A stretch of 64,000 bases of DNA from Ranitomeya imitator. Lineage: Eukaryota. Made by a program: the position numbers and the translations under genes. Position 1 is the first letter of the stretch. Each line of letters opens with the position of its first letter. Location: positions 280,550,001-280,614,000 of the forward strand of contig NC_091282.1 of the NCBI RefSeq assembly GCF_032444005.1, written 5' to 3'. A model generated the notes under the pieces. That model saw only the letters and a program-made list of their open reading frames with translations. It was not told the origin of the DNA and ran no database searches. Positions 34,080 through 45,548 of the stretch are shown one piece after another.

Positions 34080-34691
34080 GTATCTCAAAAATTGAAAATA
34101 GCTTTTATACGATTTTAGATTATTCACCTTCTAGAGTTAAAAGACTTAATTCGCAATGTCAAGAGCTTAACTGATACAGAGCTCCAAATCTTTGACTTCC
34201 AGGGGTTGTCTACTCTTATGGTCCTTTTGTTTATTTGGCTTAAATCCATTTTTGTGGGACTAACATTTTTGCAGTTGGATTTCTTTGAAAATGTTGCACC
34301 ATTTGCCTTTTACCGGCTTTTTGTTTCCTTGCATATTCAGCTTTGATGTGCTCTTTGGTCAGCTGAGAGAGTAACTTAAAAAAAAATATTAATCCAAATT
34401 AGAATCCTTCAAATTTTTCTCATTGGCCATCTATAACACGCAGGTTATAGATGGCAAATGGTGCAATATTGTTGATGAAATTCAATTGCACTGGTGATTT
34501 TTAGCCCCAAATGCATTCATTTAGGTAAATTAAGAAAACGGTCTGAAAAGTGGTGAACCCCTTTAAATGATACAATTGGAGTTGAATAAGAAGAATTTTA
34601 AAGAAAAGACTTCCATTTTGAATGTACAGTATATTCACTACTGGATTTTGCTTAAAAAATGCATTTTATTCAATTAGGTCTTCTTTGTTAG

Positions 34692-34838
34692 GTAATGTTT
34701 TACAGATTGTTTCAGCCCCTGGCCAGTATTTACGTCCTCAAGGATCTGTTGTTCTTCCATCTATGCCACAAGGTACTAATGTTACGAGAAATCAGCCCCA
34801 AGTAGGAGCTTCCCATGTTAATACTGTATCATCGGCAG
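34692..34838 (+). CDS. EP400: EP400 coding exon (GNVLQIVSAPGQYLRPQG...VSSA)
   Basis: VLQIVSAPGQ signature; phase 1 to 1. An alternative in-phase donor after CCACAAG is possible. Confidence 0.9.
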
Positions 34839-34968
34839 GTAATTATTACAAAATTTGCATATCCTATTCATTTCATATTTCTTGCATTTGGCCATTTTTT
34901 ATTGTCTTTGGAAACCCACTAATGTATTGGTTTGTAATGCAGAAAACTGTTTTTCTTTATTGCTTCAG

Positions 34969-35042
34969 TAACTCCCAGAGCCAATCAAACTACATTGGAG
35001 ACAGTACCAAAATCCGCTTCTGCTGCGCTACCCAATGCACAG
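34969..35042 (+). CDS. EP400: EP400 small coding exon (VTPRANQTTLETVPKSASAALPNAQ)
   Basis: tattgcttcag acceptor and CAG|GTATGT donor. Phase 1 to 0 is needed to keep frame with the next exon; sequence is poorly conserved. Confidence 0.75.
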
Positions 35043-35613
35043 GTATGTACATTGCCAAGGTAGTTATCAAATGTAGAATGAGGGGCTCTTGCTATGTTAA
35101 TCTCATATAATTATGAATATGTTACCCCTGTTTAGACTTTTTTGGGTTGTTTTTTTTTTTTTCAAAAACATTTTTGCCGCTGCTGGGTACACAATACAGT
35201 GTGAAAGTTTCCTTGGGCCATTAGTCAGCCAGCTACAATGTTTTATTTTATGCGTCTCATCTGCATGAAGGAGGAATTTGATATTGACGTATAATAGTGG
35301 TTTTAACCCTTGTGGATGTATAAACTGTGATTTAGAAATCAATTTACTGTGAGTCATTAAATACAGTTAGCTAAAGTGAAGATGTAACTGAGTTGTAATG
35401 ATTGAAAACTTTGATCTGCGTTCACATTTTAATCAGAAAGCTGAAAAATCAAACACTGTATGGTTGTATACGTCCTCTTCATATGCTAATTGCAGCATTA
35501 TCATTATGGCCTTCTCTATGAGGCCATGTGCACACCTTGAGTATTTGATGAGTTTTTTTTTACCTTAGTAGCTGTAAGCTTAAACTAGGAGTGGAACAGT
35601 CAGAGGAAAAGTA

Positions 35614-35720
35614 CTGTATATGCTCAAGTAAAAGCCGACCCGAGTATAAGCAGAGACCCCTAATTTTGCCACAAAAAAGTTGCAAAACGTATTGACTCGA
35701 GTATAAGTCTAGGTTGGGAA
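35614..35720. mobile_element. Tc2-type element terminal fragment
   Basis: TA|CTGTATATGCTCAAGTAAAAGCCGA, as at 7879. Confidence 0.7.
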
Positions 35721-35721
35721 A

Positions 35722-35974
35722 GACTACCTCTTGAAGCTCATCAAGAGAATGCCAAGAGTGTGCAAAGCAGTCATCAAAGCAAAAGGTGGCTACTTTGAAG
35801 AACCTAGAATATAAGACATATTTTCAGTTGTTTAACACTTTTTTAAGTATATATTTCCACAGGTGTTAATTCATAGTTTTGATACCTTCACTGTGAATGT
35901 CCGATTTTAATAGTCATGAAAATACAGAAAAATCTTTAATTGAGAAGGTGTGTCCAAACTTTTCGTCTGTACTG
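35722..35974 (+). mobile_element. Tc1 transposon 3' end
   Basis: LKLIKRMPRVCKAVIKAKGGYFEEPRI* then TIR ending CTGTACTG|TA. Confidence 0.88.
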
Positions 35975-37384
35975 TATTCAAAACTGTTTTCGGGTAGTTT
36001 ATTAACCCTTCAGGTGCTTTTCAGGAGATAATACAAAGTAGCATAACAGGAATGAATAAATGTATTTTTACCATCTAAATGTTAACTTCTGAACAGGCCA
36101 CTGTAGCCGGAAGACTCTAAGGCCATTATTTGGCCGTGAAATGCCATGGCAAACATCAGGACCACACGATCAAAATCTGAGTGCTGAAGGGGGCTAAAGA
36201 GGGATTCCACACACTTTTAACCATCTAGATGCTGTAGTCCTTATTGACAGCAGCATTTAAAGGGTTAAACGACTATAGTTGGTACCAACACTGATCGTTT
36301 CTGATGCAGCAAATTGTCTGCTATAGTGTACTACTGACAGGTGCTGGATTATCACCCGTCAGGGCATGCTAAGACGTATTGGTGGTCACTAAGGGGTTCA
36401 TATTTGCATTGAATAAAGCAGCAAAAAACTGAGACCAAAACGCAATATGTGAACGTAGCCTAAGGCCATGTGCAAAACAGAGGTGTTGGCAGGTAAACTG
36501 CAGCATAAAATACATGCATTTTTATGTGTTGTTCCCACTCTTTAGTAAGTGTGAATCTGCAGCAAAAACATTGAAAAAATTGACATGGAAAAAATAAGCA
36601 ACGTATACATGAGATGTCAGGAATATCATTGACTTTGCTAGTATTAGGAAATCCCTAAGAATAGAAAATAGACCCTAAGGCAAGATTCACATGTTTTGTT
36701 TTTTGTTGTTTGTGTGGCTTTGTATGGACCACTTTTCCCACCTCAACTGCAGGTCTCCTCTCCCGGATAAACAATTTCATATATTCCCATGAGACTTTTA
36801 GTTTAGGTCATGAGATCCGTGTTCAGGTGGGAGTGGTGGTCCATACAAAAAATATAAAATATGGAAGTGTAGATCTATCTTTAATTTATGTTTATTGGAT
36901 GATCTTGTTTTTATGATTTATGTATGGTCTGTGTTCAATTTCCTTTATTTTTCATACAAACTGAAAGTGTATGTAACGTTAAAATACAATAAAACCATAA
37001 CTCCATCACTCCTATCTTGAAGGTCTTGATGAGGGGGCATGTTGGAGTAGTAGGCACCTAATTCATTAAGGGAACATGCCTTTTTATGAATCAGGTGCAT
37101 CTGACAAGTGGCATGTATCGCCGTGTTCCTTGCCACAATTCTCACCAGTTGTTAGGTATACCACAGCTCGTCATGAATTAGAGGAGCTGTGATGTTACTC
37201 TCCAGTCGCCTCAGCTCCTCCCATTTCAGCACGGCTGGGAGAAACTGGTGTGAAGAAGCCGAAAGTCTCAGCGTTTTTGCAAAATTCTGCATTGCACAAA
37301 ATTGTTGCAGCTTTTGAAAGCAATTTACGCTGGATTTTTGGTTGAAATGCTTTGATGAATCGGGGCAATGGCCTTTTAAACATA

Positions 37385-38595
37385 CCGTATATTCTCGAAT
37401 ATAAGCCGAGGCACCTAATTTTGCCACGGAATACTGGGTAAGCTTATTGACTCGAGTATAAGCTGGGTACGCATTGTCCCCTCATCCCTGTCCTGTCCTG
37501 CGTGGCTTTCCCCCTCCTGTCCTGCTCTGTGTGGCTCCCCGGGTCCCCTCATTGTATGCTTGGCTCCCCCGGTCCCCTCGTATTCGTTGCTCCCCTGGTC
37601 ACCTCATTGTATGTGTGGCTCCCCTTCCTCCCCCGTCATATGCGTGGCTCCCCATCATATGTGTGGCTCTCCCGGTCCCCTCATTGTTCTGTACACTGTG
37701 GCCTCTGTTCACACAGGATGCATTTTAGCACTGGGCAGCCTGCCATAGGGCGTTACTAATAGGCTGGAGCCAGATGCTTTGTATTCCTTGTGTGAACACG
37801 CCACATACAGAGTATTTTATCTTAGTGCATTGGTGTACCACATGGCCAAACCCTTATTGAAGGCTGGCTGTTTCATTAGGTATTGCACCTGTGCATTTGC
37901 TATTTTATTTGGGTCCGCTGCACCCTGCTTGTGCATTTGTATTGAGGCCCATTTAGACAGGTAAGCATCTCTGCCTATTTTTGGTGTTTTTTCTTGAATT
38001 TTTCCTTTTTTGGTGTTTTTCATTGTATGTGTGGCTCCCCTTCCTCCCCCATCATATGCGTGGCTCCCCCTTCCTCCCCCGTCATATGCGTGGCTCCCCA
38101 TCATATGTGTGGCTTTCCCGGTCCCCTCATTGTATGCTTGTCTCCCCTGTCCTCCCCCATCGTATGCGTGACTCCCCCGTCATACTCGCCCTCCTCGGTC
38201 CGTTGCTGCACATCCCTGCATCTCTGTTGTTCCAGCGCGGCACTGGCAGCTCTCCTGTGCTGAGCAGTCACGTGGTACCGCTCATTAAGGCAATGAATAT
38301 GCGCTCCACGCCTATGGGAGTGGAGACGCGTACATATTCATTACCTTAATGAGCGGTACCACGTGACCGCTCAGGAGAGGAGAGCTGCTGCGCCAGGACA
38401 GCAGAGATGCAGGAACGTTCATAAACGGGCCGAGGAGGGTGAGTATGAAGTCACAGCCGCCGACTCCTGCTGCTGCCCTGCTGCTCCCACTCCCCAGCTG
38501 ACTTTCTGGGACAATGACTCGTGTATAAGCCAAGGGGGGCATTTTCAGTACAAAAAAAGTGCTAAAAATCTCGGCTTATACACGAGTATATACGG
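37385..38595. mobile_element. Tc2-type non-autonomous element with internal minisatellite
   Basis: TA|CCGTATATTCTCGAATATAAGCCGAG...CTCGGCTTATACACGAGTATATACGG|TA. Confidence 0.85.
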
Positions 38596-38690
38596 TATTT
38601 ATTTTTATAATGTGGCTAGCACTCGGACAAGTACTAAGCTAAGTTGCTGCATGAGATATCTAATAGATGTTTCTTTCCTTCATGACAAAG

Positions 38691-38980
38691 GAATCTACCG
38701 AAGACAGGCAGCGCTTGTTACGGGAACGCCTAGATCGTGTTTTTGGCTGTAATGAGCGCCGTTGTGGAAAAGCTCCTGTATATGGTTCAGACTTGTTGTC
38801 GTTATTTACCCTGAAGCCTGCTGACCTGCTCAGTCATATTCTGGATACACAGTGGAACTGGACTGGGTCTGTAAACTGTGCAGTTTCCTCCAAATTCCCT
38901 GAGAAATCAAGTGATTTACTAAGACACTTAATTTTGAGTCCTGAAGAACAAAAAGTTGCTCTGGAGCCTGTAATCAAAAG
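38691..38980 (+). CDS. EP400: EP400 coding exon (ESTEDRQRLLRERLDRVFGCNERRCGKAPVYGSDLL...VIKR)
   Basis: RL..ERL...NERRC..APVYG.DLL signature; AG|GTAAAT donor. Confidence 0.92.
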
Positions 38981-39386
38981 GTAAATAGATTTAGCAATTT
39001 GGTTATACTAAATTGTGGTCTATGAAACTACTAGGGTGGCCGTTTTTCTTACTGTTGTATCTCTTTTGTATGTATGTCTTCATTAGCCACGAGTAAGATG
39101 CTAACTGTTAAATACCTAAAATATGTAAATCACAGCAATTAGGACCTGACTGGATTAAGTGTACGATCAATAAATCTAGTGAGTTGTATTTCTTCAATTA
39201 CCAAGCCTGGTACAGTGGCTTGTGTTATTCACGCTACATCCGGAGATTGTGGGGTGGAGCAGAGGCGATAAGCAATTGAACGTGCCATTGCAATGTCCAA
39301 TATTTGAAGTTTCTCCTTTCTGACCAAAAACACTGGATTTGAACATCCCCCAGTGATTATTTCTATATTTTTCTTTCTGCTTTCAG

Positions 39387-39589
39387 GACAGTGTGCGTGG
39401 TTCCCGCCGTCATTGTTCCTCCACCATTTCTTACAGTTCCACATCCGCCTCCTCGGTATACTCATAACATGAAGATGCTCAGTCTTAGACTAAGGGCGTA
39501 TGCAGCCCCATACATGCTGGTTTTAAGGGAGCGAACATCACCTTACTGTGTGCAATCTCCTGACTTGCGGCTCATTCAGGGTGATTCAG
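39387..39589 (+). CDS. EP400: EP400 coding exon (TVCVVPAV...PDLRLIQGDSG)
   Basis: tctgctttcag acceptor; P.LRL.Q.DSG signature; G|GTAAAT donor. Confidence 0.93.
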
Positions 39590-40094
39590 GTAAATTACTG
39601 TGCATTGTACCACCAGCCAGTACTACATGAAGATGCTGGACCTTCCGTAGCTTTGATTAAAAAGCATGAAAGGGTAAAAATATTTAGCATAAAATCTTGG
39701 TTTAAGTAATTTTATATATTATGATCACAACCACAAACTGCAGCTAGCCAGGCCAGAAATGACTAGGATGGCTAGAGACTGCTATAGTGGCAAACCCTCA
39801 CACCTAGTTTCTCTCTGTTCTGACTCAGATGGAGAGGTACTAAGCGGGGGAAGCCCCCTTCCAATCTACAGGGGGATCTTTACTAGACAATCCCTTTAAT
39901 GATTAGTTGCTTTAACGTTCCTATTATCAGCATAAAATAATGAGAAGATGGTAGTCTCTGCTCACATTGCTTTTATAAAAGCCACACTGGGATCAGACAG
40001 ATCTGATTATACGGTTGGGCAGTGGTGTTTATTGTAGGATAAATCATCAGCCCTGTACTTTCCATTATAAATGAAGGCTGTATTGTTATAAATA

Positions 40095-40365
40095 AATAAT
40101 AATCTTTATTTTTATATAGCACTATCATATTCCGCAGTGCTTTACAGGTTTTGCACACATTATCATCACTGTCCCCGATGGGGCTCACAATCTAAATTCC
40201 CTATCAGTATGTTTTTGGAATGTGGGAGGAAACCGGAGAACCCGTAGGAAACCCACGCAAACATGGAGAGAACATACAAACTCTTTGCAGATGTTGTCCT
40301 TGGTGGGATTAGAACCCAGGACCCCAGCGCTGCAAGGCTGCAGTGCTATCCACTGCACCACCGTG
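40095..40365 (-). mobile_element. V-SINE
   Basis: Reverse complement of the 22778 SINE, including the L2-type tail. Confidence 0.9.
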
Positions 40366-40510
40366 GAGCCCAGCCCTGTTAGCGAGATCAGAGCCTTGTG
40401 TAGTTTGTTACACGCACTACCCATTTATATGATCAAACAAGATGTACAGATATTTTTGAATGTGTACTTCTCTGAATCGCTTAAATGTTGATTTTGTCTG
40501 ACACCTGTTA

Positions 40511-41235
40511 AGGTACCTTCACACATAACGATATTGTTAACGATATCGTTGCTATTTGTGACGTAGCAACGATATCGTTAATGAAATCGTTCTGTGTGAC
40601 AGCGACCAACGATCAGGCCCCTGCTGGGAGATCGTTGGTCGCTGAATAAAGTCCAGAACTTTATTTCGTCGCTGGACTTCTGCTGACATCGCTGGATCGG
40701 CGTGTGTGACACCGATCCAGCGATGTCTTCACTGGTAACCAGGGTAAACATCGGGTAACTAAGCGCAGGGCCGCGCTTAGTAACCCGATGTTTACCCTGG
40801 ATACCATGCTAAAAGTAAAAAAAAACAAACACTAGATACTTACCTAACACTGTCTGTCCTCCAGCGCTGTGCTCTGCACTCCTCCTGTACTGGCTGTGAG
40901 CCGGAAAGCAGAGCGGTGACGTCACCGCTCTGCTTTCCGGCTCACAGACAGTACAGGAGGAGAGCAGAGAAGCAGAGCGCAGCGCTGGAGGACAGACAGC
41001 GTTAGGTAAGTATGTAGTGTTTGTTTTTTTTTACTTTTAGCATGGTATCCAGGGTAAACATCGGGTTACTAAGCGTGGCCCTGCGCTTAGTTACCTGATA
41101 TTTACCCTGGTTACCGGCATCGTTGGTCGCTGGAGAGCGGTCTGTGTGACAGCTCTCCAGCGACCAAACAGCGACGCTGCAGCGATCCGGATCGTTGTCG
41201 GTATCGCTGCAGCGTCGCTTAATGTGAAGGGGCCT
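40511..41235. mobile_element. Palindromic Harbinger-type MITE
   Basis: AGGTACCTTCACAC...GTGAAGGGGCCT flanked by TTA; almost wholly self-complementary. Confidence 0.85.
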
Positions 41236-41388
41236 TTACTCTTGTGTGTTCCCTTTGTATGTTAATTTACATATAATTATCACTAAAAAACCCCAAACAC
41301 AGTAGATAGCTGTCAGCTAACCAAAGGCTCATTTCTCTCCCAACTCCTCCATACACAGCGTTCAGCTCTGCCAAGTACTCCTGTGTTA

Positions 41389-41666
41389 GGGTATGTTTCC
41401 ACGTTCAGGAAACGCTGCATGTTTGACCAGATGTTACAGCATAGTGGAGGGGATGTCATGAAATCCCGTCTCCACTATGCGGTAAAATACGCAGGCGGCA
41501 GACCCGCGGAAACGGACATGCGGCGCGTCTTTTCAGAACGCAGCATGTCCTTACAATGCGGCGACGCGTCAAACGCAGGTGACCTGCCAGTGACCTCCAG
41601 TGCAGATTTGGTGCAGATTTTACCTGCGTTAAATCCTGATGCAATCCTGAATGTGGACACATATCC
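41389..41666. mobile_element. Harbinger-type MITE
   Basis: GGGTATGTTTCCACGTTCAGG / CCTGAATGTGGACACATATCC; TTA TSD. Confidence 0.85.
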
Positions 41667-41775
41667 TTAGATTCCTGGCGGCAACTTACCTTGTCGAGAA
41701 CAAAGGGGTTTGGCATATTAGATTTCTGAATGGCGATCCTTGTCTCTCATGACATCATCATTCAGGGAACAGTCA

Positions 41776-41969
41776 GGCTGCCGTCACACTAGCAGTATTT
41801 GGTTAGTATTTTACATCAGTATTTGTAGCCAAAACCAGGAGTGGGTGATAAATACAGAAGTGGTGCATATGTTTCTATTATACTTTCCCTCTAATTGTTC
41901 CACTCCTGGTTTTGGCTCACAAATACTGATGTAAAATACTGACCAAATACTGCTAGTGTGACGGCAGCC
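41776..41969. mobile_element. Harbinger-type MITE
   Basis: Long TIR GGCTGCCGTCACACTAGCAGTATTTGG; TCA/TTA flanks. Confidence 0.88.
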
Positions 41970-42154
41970 TTAGACTGTCAGCCAAGTCCTCCGATATCCG
42001 TGGGTTCAACCGATGTTAGTCTGTGTTTGGGGACTTTGTCAATAAAGTCAGTATAATCTTAATTTCACCTGCAATATATTGTTCCCTGATTTTAAACATT
42101 TTAAGCCAATATGGATCAAAATGACATTTGATCTGAAATTTGAAGTCCTGTACA

Positions 42155-42281
42155 ATCCTCATCCTTACTCCAGGGTTATTGTTGTCCATACATTCCCTGG
42201 CATTAATTGAGGGTAAAATAAGTGCTTTTGTTCAGACACTGGAAAGTTCTTTTCCAATGAGCTGGATGTCGGCATACACAC
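42155..42281 (+). ncRNA. SNORA49: H/ACA snoRNA, SNORA49-like copy 1
   Basis: Stems ATCCTCA/TGAGGGT and CCAGGG/CCCTGG; H box AAAATA at 42215; second hairpin GTGC/GCAT; ACA at 42276. 5' hairpin resembles recalled human SNORA49, whose host gene is EP400. Confidence 0.8.
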
Positions 42282-42758
42282 AATCTTTCACTCGCTGCTA
42301 AGAAATAGATGATTTGTTGGTGGTTTTCGCTGATGCATTGTAATACTTTCTAGGTTTTATAAATAATATAAAGAGCTTTGATGTAATGGATTAATAATTT
42401 TATAATGACATACTAAATGTAAGATTTTTTATGTAATGGTTTAATCATGGTATAATGTGCTGCCCGATTTATCGATCAGATCTACAACTATCGGACAGAG
42501 AGAGAAGTGAGCTGACATAAGTTCACAGAGGACTGTGTGGACTGGATAGAATTGTAGCAAGTTCTCAGCAATCATGAGTCTGAAGTCTGTACATGTTGCA
42601 GACTCTGAATGCTCTCATACATTAATCTTAAATTTAGTATGTCATTCACAGTGGATTTCTTGTTCTCGATAGGTTACACAGAATTTCAGTCTAATAAGTC
42701 AAGCGAATAGAGATTGCAAAGTCACTAACTTCATGAGTGTTTTGATGTTTATTCACAG

Positions 42759-42928
42759 GAAAACTGGAGGCGTTATCTATCCTTCTTCATAAACTAAAAT
42801 CTGAGGGAAGACGAGTTCTGATTTTCTCTCAGATGTTACTCATGCTTGACATACTTGAGACTTTCTTGGACTTTAATTCTTTCACCTTCTTGAGAATTGA
42901 TGAAAATGCCAATTACGAGCAATCTCAG
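42759..42928 (+). CDS. EP400: EP400 coding exon, helicase C-lobe (GKLEALSILLHKLKSEGRRVLIFSQM...)
   Basis: SNF2 motif IV region; CAG|GTAGGT donor. Confidence 0.97.
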
Positions 42929-42998
42929 GTAGGTGCTTATATTTATACTAAGTAGTTTTTTAATTTTCACCACTATGGCCTGGCTACTTTGTTCGTTT

Positions 42999-43126
42999 TT
43001 CCTCATCCTTACTCCAGGGTTATTGTTTTTTATACATTCCTTGGCATTACTTGAGGATAAATAAATTGTTCTGATCATGCCTTTGGAAACCATTTCCTCT
43101 GGCTTTACGATTGTGAACAAACAATT
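42999..43126 (+). ncRNA. SNORA49: H/ACA snoRNA, SNORA49-like copy 2
   Basis: TCCTCA/TGAGGA and CCAGGG/CCTTGG stems; H box AAATAA at 43059; TTGTTC/GAACAA stem; ACA 43121-43123 plus ATT. Confidence 0.85.
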
Positions 43127-43200
43127 GATTTGAGTGGAGTACATTCTGCCATTTTTAGTTGCAGTCTAGTTTATTAGCTGCCTGTTTATTGTCTTTTTAG

Positions 43201-43397
43201 GATTTAATGAAAAGTTTTAATAGAGACGCTCGGATTTTCTGCATGGTGTTGTCTACACACATCCGCTCTTTGGGAGTGCACCATGTAGAAGCGGACACAA
43301 TCATATTTTATGACAGTGATCTAAATCCTGTGATGGATGGGAAAACCCAGGCATGGTGTGATCTCATAGGCAGAGCTAAGGACATCCATGTTTATAG
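43201..43397 (+). CDS. EP400: EP400 coding exon, helicase motifs V-VI (DLMKSFNRD...EADTIIFYDSDLNPVMD...IGRAKDIHVYR)
   Basis: EP400-type EADT..FYD.DLNPVMD and W.D.IGR.KDIH; AG|GTACTG donor. Confidence 0.96.
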
Positions 43398-43599
43398 GTA
43401 CTGTATGTGCTACAAAAAATATTCAATTTTTAGAAGCTGTTTACTTTTAAAATGTCCTCCCAGTAGATTTGAGTATACAAGTTTATGTAAGCATATGGTT
43501 CCTACTGGCAAGTTTTGTAAATATATGTGTCTTATCTGCTGTATTTTACTAGAGTTTGTACCTATAAAAAAAAAAAAAAAAAAAAAAAAACTGAGGGGG

Positions 43600-44220
43600 A
43601 ATCAAAAGATTATCCTCACTTTGGCTGTGGAATTTGTTATTCTTTATCGCTTCATTGGGGGACACAGAAAACCATGTTCCAACCTATGCCTTGATTTTTC
43701 CACCACGTGTGTATCAAAGTCTATAACTGCATAGGCTAAGCAACTCCGTCTCCGCAAGGGAAGCCGCGTCTGATGAGGTAGGTGCCTTAGCAGATCAGAT
43801 CTCTCAAGTGGGAAAATACGCAGCGACTGTATCCTTGGATGCCGCCTCGTGCTGCTGAAGCGTCCAGTAATACATAGTGGCCATCCACAGAGCCATCTGG
43901 CTAAAGGTATTGCAGGCAGACTTGTCTTTTAAAAAGTCCGACCAGTTTGCCCTTCTAGTGATCGCCCAAGAATGTGGTCCATGAGAATCTGCCCGGGGGC
44001 CTGATAAAAGGACATCGAGGGTATGGTTCCCCATCCCTGCCTTAAGTGAAAGTTTTGTCCTTTTCGGTGCTTATCGCCTGTGGAAGATTCTTCCTGCCAA
44101 TAGAGGCCGCAGGCACAACAGGAAAAGAAAAGCGTCTCCTTCAAACTGACACTCTCTTGGCAGATTTGATTGCCATCCTTAGGATCATGGGGTCTAGTGG
44201 TCATACCTTATGTGATGAAA
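43600..44220. mobile_element. Decayed DIRS relic (terminal/ICR motif plus probable gag remnant)
   Basis: TCGCTTCATTGGGGGACACAG matches the ICR at about 14075; weak minus-strand gag-like peptides. Confidence 0.45.
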
Positions 44221-45039
44221 CAGCATTTTATCTTCATTAACCAGACATCTGTTTTCAGTAAGCCAGGAGGAATAGGCTGTTATCTATATGCTGACTTTTG
44301 AATTTGTTTTTATTCTTTGGTTGTTAAAAAAAAAAAAAAAAAGTTTTGTTCGTACAAACCTGTAATATTGACTTTTACGTTGGCGTTTATTGTAACATAT
44401 TGCGCTGTTATCCTGGATTAAAGAGACGCAGGGTAACTGAACAATGATGTTTGCTGATATGGTGATTACACATTGTCCAGGCAGCTAGCTTGTTGACTTA
44501 CAAAACAGAGGAGTAAAAACTATGCATATTGTTTAACCCCTTAACCAACTGAGCTTTTTTCATTTTTCACGCCCCTTCTTTCCAGAGCCATAACTTTTTT
44601 TATTTTTCTGTTAACACCTTCCCGACCCATGACGCCACGTAGGCGTCATGAAAGTCGGTGCCAATCCGACCCATGACGCCTATGTGGCGTCATGGAAAGA
44701 TCGTGTCCCTGCAGGCCGGGTGAAAGGGTTAACTCCCATTTCACCCGATCTGCAGGGACAGGGGGAGTGGTAGTTTAGCCCAGGGGGGGTGGCTTCACCC
44801 CCTCGTGGCTACGATCGCTCTGATTGGCTGTTGAAAGTGAAACTGCCAATCAGAGCGATTTGTAATATTTCACCCATTATAACGGGTGAAATATTACAAT
44901 CCAGCCATGGCCGATGCTGCAATATCATCGGCCATGGCTGGAAATACTAGTGTGCCCCCACCCCACCCCACCCCACCGATCGCCCCCCCAGCCCCCCGAT
45001 CTGGCCGGTACACTGCTCCGGCTCCCCTCCGTCCAGTGC

Positions 45040-45270
45040 TCCGCTCCCCCCCGTGCTCTTGTCCGCTCCCCCCGTGCTCCAATCACCCCCCCGTGCTCCA
45101 ATCACCCCCCCTGCACTCCGATCCACCCCCCCGTGCTCCGTTCCAGCCCCCCGTGCTCCGTTCCAGCCCCCCCGTGCTCCGTTCCAGCCCCCCCGTGCTC
45201 CGTTCCACGCCTGCCGCGCTCCGATTCCCCCCCCCCGTGCTCCGATCCCCCCATCCCCGTGGTCCCCCCC
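45040..45270. repeat. GC-rich CCCCGTGCTCC minisatellite
   Basis: Direct reading. Confidence 0.85.
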
Positions 45271-45548
45271 CACCCCATCATACTTACCGATCCTGCCGGG
45301 GTCCCGTCCATCTTCCGGCCGGCAGATTCGTTCCAAAGTGCATTTTGATCACTGAGATAGATTATATCTCAGTGATCAAAATAAAACAAATAATAAATGA
45401 CCCCCCCCCCCCTTTGTCACCCCCATAGGTAGGGACAATAAAAAAATAAAGAAATTTTTTTTTTCCACTAATGTTAGAATAGGGGTAGGGGTAGGGTTCG
45501 GGGTAGGGTTAGGGATAGGGGTAGGGTTAGGGCTAGGGTTAGGGTTTC

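Noticed and set aside
43398-43734. ORF read-through past the last EP400 exon
   Set aside because: Intronic after the AG|GTACTG donor; includes poly-A-derived Lys run.
44400-44450. Hairpin GTTATCCTG/CAGGGTAAC followed by ACA
   Set aside because: Too small, no pseudouridylation pocket, and no 5' hairpin or H box.
44886-45428. Pro-rich 180-aa and overlapping ORFs
   Set aside because: GC-rich minisatellite within a non-autonomous transposon.
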